Positions 61,976 through 64,000 of a stretch of DNA of 64,000 nucleotides are shown piece by piece. The position numbers and the translations under genes were made by a program. Origin of the DNA: Psammoneis japonica (lineage: Eukaryota). The notes beneath the pieces are model-generated. The model was given only the letters and a program-made list of their open reading frames with translations, did no database searches and was not told the DNA's origin. The stretch is from contig QPGO01000089.1 of NCBI GenBank assembly GCA_008632985.1, forward strand, positions 124,001 to 188,000. Direction: 5' to 3'. How positions within the stretch are numbered: the stretch's first letter is position 1; every line of letters starts with the position of its first letter.

Positions 61976-64000
61976 TGCAAAATGAAAGGCAAAGGGGAAC
62001 ACAAGAGGACTGCAAACAGAAAAGCAACCACACTCACATGGAGCCCCACCCCATTGTGGCTTCCAGTTCTTTGTCAAGTGCCACACATGCGCTGCTGCAC
62101 GTCTGTCTAAAATGGTCAGCATGGGGCAATGAGTGATCGCCTGGCTGAAAGCAACTTGCTGAAGCAGAGCATTCTCCTGGCCAATCCCAACACCACTGAG
62201 ATCTTCCATGAATGCTCTTGCATCTGGATGATCAAACATGTCATGCGTCTTGTTCATGAGTTGCGCAAAGTTGTTTTTGTCGTGAATGTTGTGATGACTG
62301 AAGCCAAAGCCATCCTCTCAATGGCTCTTGCAATGCTGAAAATTCTTGGATGTGGCTGATTTGCAGTGCACTGCTGCTGCAAATTCAGGAACGAATGTGT
62401 CTTGAATGACAACTGGTTCTCCTTCATGCAGTGCCTCTGCAGTGTTGTCAAGAGTGTCGGGATTTTCAAAGAGCCTTGGGTTTGAACAGTTCACAATGCC
62501 GGTGCACTCAAGCTTGTGTTTGGGGCAAGACTTTGGGACACATGCGCCATTGTCAATGACCTCATCAGAGTTGCAGATCGCATGAACAGGCAAAATGATG
62601 TTTCCTCACAAAGAGATTCCCACAGAGAGAAGCAAAGATCTCAAAGCTGTGAACATCATTTTTCATTTTGCTGTTGTCAACAACAGCGGCAACAGGGTCT
62701 TCATTCTTTGTCACCCTCTCATGTCGTTCGCGCATGCATCCCGGCTTTCATGGTCCTGACATGCCCCCCCAAACCCACAGCTTTGCTCGCCAAAGTGCCA
62801 TCAGATGACAATTGATTGCAACACATTGGAAGAGTCTGTTCTTGATTTTGCTGCCCCCAGCATCTTTGCTGCCACTCTTGTTGCCAAGTGTGCATCTGGT
62901 GTGTGAACCTTGCAACAAAACAGCTTTTGCTCTGAGGCTTTGGACTCTTGCAACAGCTCCTCCCTGCTGTGAATTCCAAAGAGATGACTGGAAGTTGGCA
63001 CATCATCTTCTTTGCAAGCTTGCCAAGCAGAACCCAAAATCCTTGAGATTTTTGCAAGGGACTGGTGTGTGTGCTCTTGTGTTCTGCACCAGCAGCACTG
63101 GGGCAGACACGGCAACACATTTGAGCAGCCATTCCTCTCTGCTCCACTTGCAAAGATGACATGGCCCCAGAACAGTGCTGACATTGTCTCTCTTGCTTTT
63201 TCACCCCTGTTGTCCATTGACAATCACAATGCATTGGTTGATCACAAGCACTTTGAGTTGGCGTGGGAGTCACCCATTCTGAGCTGAGCTGTCTCCTTGA
63301 CCACGAGCCAGATGTCTCCAATGAAGCTCACCCACAGCCACACAGTTTTTCACTTTTTTGTGCTTCAAGCAAAGCAGAGCTCTTTTTTCTCATCTTCAAT
63401 GACTTGCACAGCCAAACCAGACAAGAACATTGCAGCATTTTTTGTTCGCAGCTCATGAGCCCAGCAGAGCTGCCGGCCCTTGTCAACTTTGAGCTTTCTT
63501 CAATGGCACTGGCAGAATGCTGGTGCCATTTCCATCAATCACATTTCTGTGACATGCACAACAGACAATTGCAGAAAATGCAATGATGAGAAAAGGGCAA
63601 AAGCCACTCAAGTGTGCCCTTCTGGAAAACAACAAAGAGCAAAACACACAAGAAAAAAAAGCCGCAGCAGGAGAAGCCCATTTCTAAATTTTTTTGGTGC
63701 TCACTTCATGTGGCCAAAAACAATGCCCCAATTTTCATGGACTGATTTTCATGGACTTCCCTGCTCATGAAATTTGCACAGCCCAAACATGCCTCATCCC
63801 CCACCACCGCTCACAAGCTGAGGCAGAAACCCTTGCTCCCACCTGCCACATTGTCCTGATGTCTTGCAGGGCCACACAGACATGTCAACATCCAGTGAAG
63901 AAGCAGCTCTGCACATCACAAGCCATCAGATCAAGCTGCTGCAACCTTGTTCTTTCTTTTTGTCAGTGTCACATTGCACATCGATGAGCACAGAGTGAGC

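Larger units (their letters stand above)
58850..64000. other. TpA-depleted repeat domain 3 (runs off the window end)
   Basis: Same composition as domains 1 and 2, except for the insert at 60224-60611. Confidence 0.88.

Overview
Eukaryotic nuclear DNA, most likely a diatom or related ochrophyte (inference from short GT-AG introns, a signal-peptide-bearing DGDG synthase, a Tic20-like remnant and an ankyrin-tailed myosin). The window alternates between two kinds of DNA. (A) Ordinary gene-rich blocks at about 1-6990, 35000-45500 and 50950-58850 hold a myosin, a 374-bp tandem array, two M6-family metalloproteases, a DGDG synthase, a sulfotransferase-like membrane protein and decayed genes. (B) Three repeat/transposon blocks at about 6990-34980, 45560-50930 and 58850-64000 have lost almost all TpA, and often CpG, in favour of TpG/CpA. 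Comparing repeat copies shows direct TA vs CA/TG differences. TpA loss also occurs where CpG is retained, and the surviving TpA sits mostly in TTA/TAA/TTAA. This is the opposite polarity to fungal RIP and is not explained by 5mC deamination, so it is the candidate undescribed system: a repeat-targeted TpA hypermutation process, or a base modification miscalled by sequencing. The B blocks contain a complete 7.1-kb MULE (9-bp TSD, GCM-like domain), three MITEs with 4-bp TSDs, a hAT remnant and mutated copies of host genes (ALKBH7-like, YAR1-like ankyrin, lipase-3-like). All counts and alignments were done by eye.
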